From positions 1-56,566 of the IMG/VR virus record IMGVR_UViG_3300045988_014023: a stretch of 56,566 bases of DNA. One strand, 5' to 3'. Positions 45,633 to 52,615 of the stretch are shown piece after piece. A program made the translations under genes and the position numbers. This DNA comes from a virus. The notes beneath the pieces are model-generated. The model saw only the letters and a program-made list of their open reading frames with translations, had not been told where the DNA came from and searched no databases. Position 1 is the first letter of the stretch. Every line of letters starts with the position of its first letter.

Positions 45633-45736
45633 TAGCGACACAGGGAATCGAACCCTGTCAGTCAAAACCATGCCAACCGCTTTCAAATCTGCAATTTCTA
45701 ATCACGGAAGGGTTTTCTGTTTCCAATGATACCGCT
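45633..45736 (-). ncRNA. tRNA-like element: canonical T-arm and pairable acceptor stem, but no foldable D or anticodon arm
   Basis: The minus strand ends ...CAGGG-TTCGATT-CCCTG-TGTCGCT-A. The 5' AGCGGTA can pair with TGTCGCT. I tested every 5-7-5 window in the 104-nt body and found no anticodon arm. Confidence 0.3.
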
Positions 45737-45805
45737 ACCATCCATAAGTCTCCCATCGACCGGAACTATTGCAGTAGCACCCGACTAAGTGGAGATAAGG
45801 ATAAA

Positions 45806-45893
45806 CGCAGATATTCGGACTCGAACCGAAACACCGTTTCCGGCTACTGACTGTTTAGCAAACAGTTTCCTTGCCAATTAGGATTATATCTGC
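45806..45893 (-). tRNA. tRNA-Ser (anticodon GCU), type II
   Basis: Hand-folded: acceptor GCAGATA/TATCTGC, anticodon arm ACTGT-TTGCTAA-ACAGT, long variable arm, T-arm TTCGG-TTCGAGT-CCGAA. Confidence 0.75.
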
Positions 45894-45971
45894 ACGCGCC
45901 GGGCATGGAAGTTCCCTACCCGAACCATTCCTTGCGCTTCAGAATGGCACGGTTCTACTAACACCGCTCAA

Positions 45972-46043
45972 TGGCTTGTGGCGGTATCGAGCCGCCCTAT
46001 ACAGATTTTCAGTCTGTCGCTAATCCATCTCAGCTAACAAGCC
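45972..46043 (-). tRNA. tRNA-Phe (anticodon GAA)
   Basis: Acceptor GGCTTGT/ACAAGCC, anticodon arm ACAGA-CTGAAAA-TCTGT, T-arm GGCGG-CTCGATA-CCGCC (the T-loop is slightly atypical). Confidence 0.75.
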
Positions 46044-46234
46044 ATGTCGTGTAGTTTCCGTTTTTCCTTGTTCCACGCTACACTAAGTGCAAGGTTCTTT
46101 TAGTCAGCGGTTACCGCCATCTTTTGAATGACAACCGCTCAATCCAGTTACCTGTGCTAAGTTTAACCGGTATATTGATTAGCACCTGCATTTCTGTAAT
46201 AAACACACTAGGGGTGTACTGGCAACATCACCTG

Positions 46235-46305
46235 TGGGGATTACAGGAATCGAACCCGCGACAACCCGGATATAAGCCGTGTCTTCTGCCACTGAATTAA
46301 ACCCC
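46235..46305 (-). tRNA. tRNA-Ile (anticodon UAU) candidate
   Basis: Acceptor GGGGTTT/AATCCCC (one T-T mismatch), anticodon arm CACGG-CTTATAT-CCGGG (one A-G mismatch), T-arm GCGGG-TTCGATT-CCTGT. Confidence 0.55.
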
Positions 46306-46312
46306 AATGCAG

Positions 46313-46384
46313 TGATCGGTACGAGATTTGAACTCGTGTTACCACCGTGAAAGGGTGGTGTCTTGGCCACTTGACTAACCGATC
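46313..46384 (-). tRNA. tRNA-Glu (anticodon UUC)
   Basis: GATCGGT TA GTCAAGTGGCCAAGAC A CCACC-CTTTCAC-GGTGG TAAC ACGAG-TTCAAAT-CTCGT ACCGATC A. Close to the typical Firmicutes tRNA-Glu layout. Confidence 0.85.
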
Positions 46385-46517
46385 AAAGACACGCGGTCGA
46401 TTGTGACACCAATCCACGCCTGCTGTGACGCAATTTAAGTCTTTGCTATTCACATCCAAATAACCTAGGATAATCTCGCAAACCGGTAACGCGGGAATAA
46501 ATGGATGCTTTCGCTCA

Positions 46518-46609
46518 TGGGGAAGAGAGGAATTGAACCTCCAGCGTTTATACCACTTGGGAACTGATTTACAGTCAGCCGCAACACCGCCAATCGTTGC
46601 CGCTTCCCC
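46518..46609 (-). tRNA. tRNA-Tyr (anticodon GUA), type II
   Basis: Acceptor GGGGAAG/CTTCCCC, D-stem GCAA/TTGC, anticodon arm GCTGA-CTGTAAA-TCAGT, ~20-nt variable arm, T-arm GGAGG-TTCAATT-CCTCT. Confidence 0.75.
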
Positions 46610-46836
46610 AGAACCGCCACAAGACGGTTAGCAATATGTTTTACGTGCTATGCGTTACACGATCATGCGCCGTGGGATAGACGCATGATAGAATACCACC
46701 GGACGGTCTCGCACCGTACTTAACAGAATCGTCCTAGTGGCGAAAGGAGGAACCCAAATGCTTGAATCACTCAACCAAGGGTTCAAGTACGTATGGAAAA
46801 CATACGTGGCTACATGGAACGTCAACATGTAACCAA

Positions 46837-46907
46837 TTAGGCTACCGGGATTCGAACCCGGAATGCAGGAATCAAAATCCTGTGTCTTACCGCTTGGCGA
46901 TAGCCCA
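46837..46907 (-). tRNA. tRNA-Gln (anticodon UUG)
   Basis: TGGGCTATCGCCAAGCGGTAAGAC... with anticodon arm CAGGA-TTTTGAT-TCCTG and T-arm CCGGG-TTCGAAT-CCCGG. Resembles Firmicutes tRNA-Gln. Confidence 0.8.
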
Positions 46908-47060
46908 TCATTTCCAAATGACCATAATATTCATTGCAAAGATCGCGTATGAAAGCAAATACCCCATTGCGTTTGAATTGTCTTTTTGTTTTACCTGTTC
47001 TCTCATAAGTCCCAGTATTACGAGGGCATCTGCCGCTGTTGCAATAACTTTCAAAGCCAT
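46908..47060 (-). CDS. Small membrane protein (50 aa)
   Basis: Track ORF 46908..47114 trimmed to MALKVIATAADALVILGL... (GGGAG RBS). Ends at the tRNA-Gln 5' end. Confidence 0.4.
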   Translation of the reverse strand: MALKVIATAADALVILGLMREQVKQKDNSNAMGYLLSYAIFAMNIMVIWK

Positions 47061-47061
47061 A

Positions 47062-47421
47062 TCAATATCTCCCATCCTCAAAGCTGTGTTCCTGTTTGAA
47101 TCGTTCCATTTCACTTACGCTCATACCGAAGATCCCGGCAGATGAATCAGAGTCCGTATGTTCGAAATACTCCCCTGTTTTTGGAAACATGAACCGGAAC
47201 ATGGCATAATTCGCAACATCACACAGATATTCAAGGTTCCCGGTCTCTTCAAACTTGGCAAGATTCATTTTCAAACTTTCGATTGCATCCACATTCCCGT
47301 TTGCAAAATTCATTATTGCCGGTCCGTATTTGTAATATGACTGCTCAATCAATCCTTTGCGTTTTTCATCAAAGGTTTCGGAATACTCGGTTTTCATCAA
47401 CTCATTGCCGCAGCTTGCCAT
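47062..47421 (-). CDS. Hypothetical protein (possibly a nucleotide pyrophosphohydrolase-associated domain)
   Basis: 119 aa. ...KYGPAIMNFANGNVDAIESL...NLEYLCDVANYAMF. Start/stop coupled to the MazG-like gene. Confidence 0.45.
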   Translation of the reverse strand: MASCGNELMKTEYSETFDEKRKGLIEQSYYKYGPAIMNFANGNVDAIESLKMNLAKFEETGNLEYLCDVANYAMFRFMFPKTGEYFEHTDSDSSAGIFGMSVSEMERFKQEHSFEDGRY

Positions 47422-47828
47422 TACACATCACCTTCCGCTCTGTGGTTTGCTCTTTCAATGTCAAAACCTTCCGGATAACGCGACTTAAGCTTGTCTACGT
47501 TCATTTGCATGATTTCATCAAGGCTCCAGCCGAAGGATTCGCAAAGCATTGCAAGATACCAACAAATATCGCCAGCTTCTTTCTTAGCATGGTCAATATC
47601 AAGCTGTTTCTCGTGAAAAATCCATTTTTTGATTATGTCGTTAAATTCTCCAACTTCACCGGATAGTCCAAGGCAAGCATTAAAGATTCCGCCAAGGTCG
47701 TAATCTTGCAACGATGCGATATTGTTCTTCTTGCAAGATTTAAGCAAATCAAGTTTATCCGAAATTCTTTCTGTTGCCTTGCGATCATTTGTCCGCATGG
47801 CTAATGACTGATACTCATTTCCGGTCAT
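47421..47828 (-). CDS. mazG: MazG-like nucleoside triphosphate pyrophosphohydrolase
   Basis: 135 aa. EYQSLAMRT...LGLSGEVGEFNDIIKK...EAGDICWYLAML...NVDKLKSRYPEGF is the MazG signature. Confidence 0.85.
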   Translation of the reverse strand: MTGNEYQSLAMRTNDRKATERISDKLDLLKSCKKNNIASLQDYDLGGIFNACLGLSGEVGEFNDIIKKWIFHEKQLDIDHAKKEAGDICWYLAMLCESFGWSLDEIMQMNVDKLKSRYPEGFDIERANHRAEGDV

Positions 47829-47886
47829 ATATCATTCTCCTGTCCGAAACACTCTTTTTTGTTTTTAAAATTTTTTTGGAAATTTA

Positions 47887-47901
47887 GTTGCGATTCGCAA
47901 C
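47887..47901. promoter_or_regulatory. Palindrome GTTGCGA-T-TCGCAAC in the leader of the MazG/tRNA operon
   Basis: Perfect 7-bp arms. Located about +17 to +31 of the promoter at 47926-47953. Flanked by ACTTTCAC repeats (rc at 47902-47909 and 47943-47950). Confidence 0.45.
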
Positions 47902-47925
47902 GTGAAAGTGAATTGTTATAAATTT

Positions 47926-47953
47926 ATTATAGCCTATTTACTGTGAAAGTCAA
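47926..47953 (-). promoter_or_regulatory. Sigma-70-type promoter (TTGACT-16-TATAAT) for the MazG/tRNA/Zn-ribbon operon
   Basis: Minus strand: -35 = rc(47948-47953), -10 = rc(47926-47931). Confidence 0.55.
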
Positions 47954-48247
47954 TGGGTGTTGTAAGTGGCTTTTTATTTTTTGAGGAATTTGAGAAACTT
48001 AGTAGCCGCCCGGTGGTCTTTCTGCCAGACCCCCTCCCCATCCTTTTTCTGCAAACATGGAAATCTAAAATATTTTCCGTTTCGTTTTGTTGTCATTGTG
48101 TGAAAATCAAATTGTTTTAATACAATTCATGTCATACCCTTGCAACTATTCGCAAAACCTAACTTTCCCGAATAGTTGACGAACAGTAGAAACGCTACAG
48201 CCCTTGGTATTACTGCATTTGTGAATTGTAGAATAATCACACACAAT

Positions 48248-48922
48248 TTAAACTGTATTATTTACCGCTGCATCTGTAAATTGTGTATCAATTGCGTGCA
48301 ATTCTTGGCTCTTTTTCTCGTCCAGTCTTGGCAGCTCCTGCGCTGTGATTGCCTTGCGTTGCGTGGCATTATCGCCAATGCCCGGCTGATTCATTCCGAA
48401 TTCGTTGTTTCCCACGAACATGGTACCGACAGGGCTGTTGGAGTCATACGCTCTATCGAGTATACAATCCTTGCGAGATCGTTGCAATTTTTGCCACATC
48501 TTGAAAGCCAACGAGCTTGGTTCTTCTGTGCTCCATATATCCATTGTGTTTGTAGGTATATTACAAAAATAACTAAATGCTACTGTACTTACCAGCTTAC
48601 TGTACACATTGGATATATATATATAATAATCACAAAGTTTATATAATACCTCTCTGTCGTATCTATTGCAGTTAGTCGGTATAGTTGCATTACCAAGAGG
48701 TTTCAAACTCTTGTCTTTAAGTACCGATGTATCCGGGAATAAATGCATACCAACATACTGCATTACAGCTTTCCATTGTCTCTGTCCAGCTTTCAGCAGA
48801 TCTTCGATGTGAAATTCTATACAAGCGTTGTCTATTAAATCTTGTACAGTTGATGTGTATATCTGTACTGTACCTAGATCCACTATAAGCCTTGTAATAT
48901 CTACATTCTCTACATCCTGCAT
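48248..48922 (-). CDS. terS: Terminase small subunit-like protein
   Basis: 224 aa. ...YDREVLYKLCDYYIYISNVYSKLVSTVAFSYFCNIPTNTMDIW...VGTMFVGNNEFGMN resembles TerS HTH and C-terminal patterns recalled from Firmicutes phages. Confidence 0.5.
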   Translation of the reverse strand: MQDVENVDITRLIVDLGTVQIYTSTVQDLIDNACIEFHIEDLLKAGQRQWKAVMQYVGMHLFPDTSVLKDKSLKPLGNATIPTNCNRYDREVLYKLCDYYIYISNVYSKLVSTVAFSYFCNIPTNTMDIWSTEEPSSLAFKMWQKLQRSRKDCILDRAYDSNSPVGTMFVGNNEFGMNQPGIGDNATQRKAITAQELPRLDEKKSQELHAIDTQFTDAAVNNTV

Positions 48923-49142
48923 ATATTCACACCTCCAATCTGTTAATCTCTCTGCTTTTGGTATACACTATTTCCGGGTTTAAAGTCAAGCCTTAATTTT
49001 TTACGGTGGTATTTATATACTTACGCCGCGCGCATATGCGGATATACACTTACTCTACAACCTATAGGCTTTAAATACAGTGTATTATTATTAATTTAAA
49101 AGATTAAGAAAAAGAGAGAGAAAGAGAACATAGTTCTGAAAA

Positions 49143-49193
49143 AGCGACGTCAGACGATTGTGTCGTGTTATGTCAGACGATTGTCAGACGATT
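49143..49193 (+). repeat. Iteron cluster: GTCAGACGATT x3 (49149, 49172, 49183) in a non-coding AT-rich region; candidate origin
   Basis: The repeats were read directly. The first copy extends to a 17-mer identical to 10011-10027. Preceded by a polypurine tract at ~49098-49130. Confidence 0.55.
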
Positions 49194-49396
49194 TTTTGTA
49201 AAAACTGATACTATTCTATCATTTTTGGACTTGTCAAAGACCTAATGAACCTAGCCTTGTTTATAAAGATTTAAGAAAAGTTTTATAGTTTGTTTACAGT
49301 TTTTCGGAGATTTTTTAAGATATGCCCGGTAGAGTTGTTGATTTTGGACATGGCAAAAAAGAAAAGGCAGCCGGAAAACTGCCCTTGTCCAATCTT

Positions 49397-49909
49397 TTAT
49401 TTATCCTGTTTATCATCCTCGGTCGGAATCACTGACCAACCTTTATAACTATATCCGGGGCGTTGCCCTTCTGGAAGTGTCCCAAGAACCGATCTTTTAA
49501 CGCGGCTCAACCCCGCAATTATATTAAAAAATTGCTTGCTGTCCGGCTCTACTCCAAAATATTTATTGCAATTTTCCCTAAGCCAAAAGGACAGGGAGTG
49601 AATATAAAAGTGCTCTCCCTCTGGGCTTACTAAATGCCAATCTATCGCCGCCCTGTTTGTTTCAAACCGTCCGGATTTCGGACTGTTCTTTGCGGCTTCT
49701 GTAGCTTTTCGCTGTATTTCTGTATTTCGCGGATTCGCGCGCCTTGTTTCTGACATCCTGCGCTTGCTCTCTTCGGAGCGCTTTAACCCCGTATGTGTTT
49801 GGCTCAAATGTATCAACCGGCATTCTTTCGAGCAGGTCACAATGTCACGCGATGATTCGCAATAAAACTCTTTCCCGCAGACAACGCATTTTTTTACAAC
49901 TTTAGCCAT
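49397..49909 (-). CDS. NUMOD3-like/Zn-ribbon DNA-binding protein (homing-endonuclease-associated motifs)
   Basis: 170 aa. CVVCGKEFYC...CSKEC ribbon, then GLKRSEESKRRMSETRR (NUMOD3-like). Confidence 0.45.
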   Translation of the reverse strand: MAKVVKKCVVCGKEFYCESSRDIVTCSKECRLIHLSQTHTGLKRSEESKRRMSETRRANPRNTEIQRKATEAAKNSPKSGRFETNRAAIDWHLVSPEGEHFYIHSLSFWLRENCNKYFGVEPDSKQFFNIIAGLSRVKRSVLGTLPEGQRPGYSYKGWSVIPTEDDKQDK

Positions 49910-49964
49910 GTTTTTATTTGCTCCTTAATGCAGAATAGCGGAGCTTATCGGCTCCGCTAGCCTT

Positions 49965-50387
49965 TTATTTGTTCAATGTAAAAGTGTATTCGCCCTGGAA
50001 TTCATCATCTGTAACCCATTCAATTTTTACTGCCTTTTCTTCCTCTGAAAGTTCTTTTCCAAGTTTTCCGAGTGGTATAAAATCTACAACTAAATTCGCA
50101 TACCCATCTTCCTTTTGTAATTTAACAGACTTCAATTTCAAGCCTGAAACGCCGCCAAGATCATAATCTTTTATGATCTGATCAAAGCCTTTCTCTATTG
50201 TGTCTATTAAAGTTTCACCCGTGATTTCCCGATAGTTTGCAGTGCCGCTTGTATAATATGGGGCGTAATATCTCCACACGGTTTTTTCTGTTACTTCCGT
50301 GTTCAGATCAGCGGCTTTCTTAGCAGCCTTTTCTTTGTTGTCATAACTCCATTCAATGCCCCGATCTTTTACAATATATTTTTTCAT
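49965..50387 (-). CDS. Hypothetical protein
   Basis: 140-aa ORF downstream of the palindrome-containing promoter at 50442-50470. Confidence 0.5.
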   Translation of the reverse strand: MKKYIVKDRGIEWSYDNKEKAAKKAADLNTEVTEKTVWRYYAPYYTSGTANYREITGETLIDTIEKGFDQIIKDYDLGGVSGLKLKSVKLQKEDGYANLVVDFIPLGKLGKELSEEEKAVKIEWVTDDEFQGEYTFTLNK

Positions 50388-50441
50388 GGTGTTTCTCCTT
50401 TCTTGGCTTTCGCCGTTGCTCTGTTTTCTTGATCTGTCATT

Positions 50442-50470
50442 ATAATATCATGAGTGCCTTATAATGTCAA
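50442..50470 (-). promoter_or_regulatory. Promoter TTGACA-17-TATTAT with the 13-bp palindrome in its spacer
   Basis: Minus strand: -35 = rc(50465-50470), -10 = rc(50442-50447). Operator copy 1 (50450-50462) fills the spacer. Confidence 0.5.
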
Positions 50471-50496
50471 GTGATATTTTTCAAAAAGTGCCTTAT
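50450..50496 (+). repeat. Two degenerate copies of the palindrome ATAAG-TGC-CTTAT (50450-50462, 50484-50496)
   Basis: ATGAGTGCCTTAT and AAAAGTGCCTTAT. Each differs from the consensus at one base. Confidence 0.7.
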
Positions 50497-50499
50497 ATT

Positions 50500-50697
50500 T
50501 TATTTTAATCTCTCCAACTGCTCTAACTGGATCAACACCGCCTCTTTTATAAAGGCGTTTATACTTTTTCCGCTTACTTTCTTGATCCGTTCTTTTGTCC
50601 CGGATGGCAACAGGCAATTAACACGGTCTACTGTTTTTGTATACTTAGCTACTGCTTGCCGCCTTTGTTCGGTCTGTTTTTCTGTATATTCTGCCAT
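50500..50697 (-). CDS. Ribbon-helix-helix (Arc/CopG-like) DNA-binding protein
   Basis: 65 aa. ...VDRVNCLLPSGTKERIKKVSGKSINAFIKEAVLIQLE fits a beta-strand plus two helices RHH pattern. Confidence 0.5.
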   Translation of the reverse strand: MAEYTEKQTEQRRQAVAKYTKTVDRVNCLLPSGTKERIKKVSGKSINAFIKEAVLIQLEQLERLK

Positions 50698-50731
50698 TTG
50701 TTTTCCTCCCTGCTTTTATATATGTACTTTA

Positions 50732-50760
50732 AATATAGCATAAGTGCCTTATTATAGCAA
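50732..50760 (-). promoter_or_regulatory. Promoter TTGCTA-17-TATATT for the RHH gene with the palindrome in its spacer
   Basis: Minus strand: -35 = rc(50755-50760), -10 = rc(50732-50737). Operator copy 3 (50740-50752) is centred in the spacer. Confidence 0.5.
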
Positions 50761-50894
50761 GGATTATTTTTCTTTCTATATTATAGTAATCCTATAAATG
50801 TTTTATAAATAAGTGCCTTATGTATTATTCACAATTCCATTGATATTATAAGTGCCTTATTTTGTTTATTTCGCATATTGCATAAGTGCCTTAT
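50740..50894 (+). repeat. Four perfect copies of ATAAGTGCCTTAT (50740, 50809, 50848, 50882)
   Basis: Read directly. All copies are in the same orientation (asymmetric centre TGC), within the divergent intergenic region. Confidence 0.85.
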
Positions 50895-50906
50895 ATTTAC
50901 TATAAT
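50878..50906 (+). promoter_or_regulatory. Promoter TTGCAT-17-TATAAT for the plus-strand island; palindrome copy 6 overlaps the -35 and spacer
   Basis: -35 at 50878-50883 and -10 at 50901-50906. Confidence 0.55.
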
Positions 50907-50944
50907 ACAAGTATCAAATGAAGTACGAAAGCGAGGAGAACAAC

Positions 50945-51121
50945 ATGAAAGATATGAAAGCGGCAGAAGCATTATTAGAAAGCAAAGGTTATTATATTTC
51001 GAACCAGTTTGACGGTTTCGCTACTCTTCCAGATGAATACGAATTGAGCGACGTAAACGGAAACGTTGTTATTGATCATTTGAGCGAAGCACAGATTTTA
51101 CAGATTTCGGAAATTTTATAG
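50945..51121 (+). CDS. Hypothetical protein (58 aa)
   Basis: Track ORF 50918..51121. The start was moved to the ATG after the GAGGAG RBS. Confidence 0.5.
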   Translation: MKDMKAAEALLESKGYYISNQFDGFATLPDEYELSDVNGNVVIDHLSEAQILQISEIL

Positions 51122-51134
51122 GGAGGGCTTAAAC

Positions 51135-51332
51135 ATGAGAAAGACGGGAATGCGTTTTACATGGGAAACAACAAAGAACGGTGACGCGATCAACGAACTG
51201 AAAAAGAACGGAATCGCGTTTGAGTATAACCACTTCGGGGAACTCACAGCCGACTTTTACGGAATCGGCATTTTTGAAAAAGTCGATTTTGAACACGTCC
51301 AAGGCGATGTATTTGAAATCTGCATAGCATAG
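51135..51332 (+). CDS. Hypothetical protein
   Basis: 65-aa ORF with a GGGAGGG RBS. Confidence 0.5.
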   Translation: MRKTGMRFTWETTKNGDAINELKKNGIAFEYNHFGELTADFYGIGIFEKVDFEHVQGDVFEICIA

Positions 51333-51410
51333 CCGAAACGCTCCAAGATCGGAGCGTCAGCCGTGGGATGGTCGCCCGGCTCTGATGATGGCAGACCAGA
51401 AAGGGAAAAT

Positions 51411-51572
51411 ATGAAGAATTGGACAATGGAACAATTATATGACCTTTGGAGGAATCGAGGATATACGAAAAAAGTAGCGCAGGCGAAAGCTGAAAAAGAC
51501 TACAAGGAAATGCACCGAAAGAAATCGGACATAGAACAGCATCAGACCATGCAAGAAATGCTTTACAACTAA
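51411..51572 (+). CDS. Hypothetical protein (53 aa)
   Basis: Track ORF 51363..51572 trimmed to MKNWTMEQLYDLW (AAGGGA RBS). Confidence 0.45.
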   Translation: MKNWTMEQLYDLWRNRGYTKKVAQAKAEKDYKEMHRKKSDIEQHQTMQEMLYN

Positions 51573-51657
51573 GTCGAAACCGCCCACGCGGCGGTCTGCA
51601 GGAACTGCCCCACCTGCACCGATGAGACAGGGCGCACAATGAATGGAGGAAATAAAC

Positions 51658-51987
51658 ATGAAAAAGAAAATCTTAGCCATTGTATTAGCTGCAGTTACCC
51701 TTGTAAACCTTGCACCAGCAACAACGGAAGCAAAGGCCGCGCGCACCTACAAAGTGCGCGGAACCGTACGGAATTTTAGTTATACCTATACCTACGAGGA
51801 CGGTGAAAAGCTGACCGGGAAAGGCTTTGACATTTACACGGCAGACGGTAACATCTGGGAAATGTCCGACACGGACACCGACTTGCATTTTAAAGACGGA
51901 CAGAAAGTTATTGTTAAGATCAGCGACAACGGCATGCCAAAGGATAAAACCGATGATCGTATTATATCGGTTAAAAAAGCAAAATAA
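51658..51987 (+). CDS. Secreted small protein (signal peptide)
   Basis: Start at MKKKILAIVLAAVTLVNLAPATTEAKAA (GGAGGA RBS). Confidence 0.55.
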   Translation: MKKKILAIVLAAVTLVNLAPATTEAKAARTYKVRGTVRNFSYTYTYEDGEKLTGKGFDIYTADGNIWEMSDTDTDLHFKDGQKVIVKISDNGMPKDKTDDRIISVKKAK

Positions 51988-51995
51988 AGCACTTA

Positions 51996-52014
51996 GGGCG
52001 GTACTCTTCCGCCC
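51996..52014 (+). terminator. GC-rich hairpin after the secreted-protein gene
   Basis: GGGCGG-TACTCTT-CCGCCC followed by CTTTCC, a short and imperfect U-tract. Confidence 0.4.
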
Positions 52015-52041
52015 CTTTCCGCGTGCCTGGTGGCGTTGTGA

Positions 52042-52066
52042 GCCGGTTCGATTCCGGCGGCGTGGA
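52042..52066 (+). other. Isolated tRNA T-arm-like hairpin plus 3' strand (GCCGG-TTCGATT-CCGGC-GGCGTGG-A)
   Basis: The T-arm consensus is perfect, but no matching 5' acceptor, D arm or anticodon arm is found upstream. Confidence 0.3.
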
Positions 52067-52369
52067 TTTATTAACCGATGGTCATATATTGGGACTGCAT
52101 CGGGTTATATGGCGGCATATTGCCGTCACACGGCGCGCCGCAGCCGTAAATAATCGCGGTTGATCTGCTTTAATGCAGACGCAAGACACGCGGGAAAGCT
52201 CGTTTCTACCGTTCTATCATTAAGAGCGGCGGCAAGATCGCAAGCCGTCACTATTGCGGCACTTTGGAGCTTGTGCATCTCCAACAAAAAACAGATTGCA
52301 CACCGTTCCGCCGGATGCGGACATATAACGCGCATTGACAAATAAACACGATATAAGGAGGTGTGAAAG

Positions 52370-52615
52370 ATGGGGAAATATGAGTATATCGGCAAAAGGG
52401 AAGTCATGCGCCGGGTGGATGCTCTTGGCTATCCTGTGGAATCCGGCAAAATGTGCGGCTATTCCAAATTTGAGGGCGTGGAATGGGTGGAGTCTGCAAA
52501 AATCAAAATAACCGCCCAACGTGGCGGCGATTGGTTGCAGATCACGCAAAGACCGGAAAACATAACACACACTTACAGTCGGTACGATGGGAAAAACTAT
52601 CTTGACAAGTGGTAA
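52370..52615 (+). CDS. Hypothetical protein
   Basis: 81-aa ORF with a strong AAGGAGGTG RBS. Confidence 0.55.
   Translation: MGKYEYIGKREVMRRVDALGYPVESGKMCGYSKFEGVEWVESAKIKITAQRGGDWLQITQRPENITHTYSRYDGKNYLDKW

Noticed and set aside
45501-45686. ORF 45501..45686(-), 61 aa
   Set aside because: Its N-terminal third is encoded by the T-arm and acceptor of the tRNA-like element, and no RBS precedes its start. A shorter GTG-start version is possible but weak.
46044-46836. Additional tRNAs in the 191-nt (46044-46234), 133-nt (46385-46517) and 227-nt (46610-46836) spacers, including a 75-nt plus-strand candidate at 46668-46742
   Set aside because: Acceptor-like helices exist. The plus-strand helix even relies on G-U pairs, which favours that strand. 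But I could not build T-arms, D-arms or 7-nt anticodon loops. These are kept only as unexplained structure in the tRNA finding.
46179-47145. ORFs 46179..46370(-), 46241..46459(-) and 46762..47145(+) in the tRNA region
   Set aside because: They overlap hand-folded tRNA genes or run antisense to the MazG-operon genes. No RBS, and the composition is implausible.
49143-50894. A CRISPR array formed by the GTCAGACGATT or ATAAGTGCCTTAT repeats
   Set aside because: The repeats are only 11-13 bp, their spacing is irregular (0-69 bp), they overlap promoters, and there are no cas genes. Iteron or operator roles fit better.
52042-52066. A functional plus-strand tRNA at the T-arm in the GC-rich island
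   Set aside because: The best 5' partner (CCGCCCC at 52009-52015) would give a 58-nt molecule with no D or anticodon arm, and it is also the 3' arm of the preceding terminator hairpin.
51244-52570. Minus-strand ORFs 51244..51639, 51435..51746, 52126..52407, 52220..52570 and plus ORF 51827..52153
   Set aside because: They occur only in the GC-richer island, where stop codons are rarer. They are Arg/Cys/Ser-rich, lack RBSs and are antisense to better plus-strand genes.
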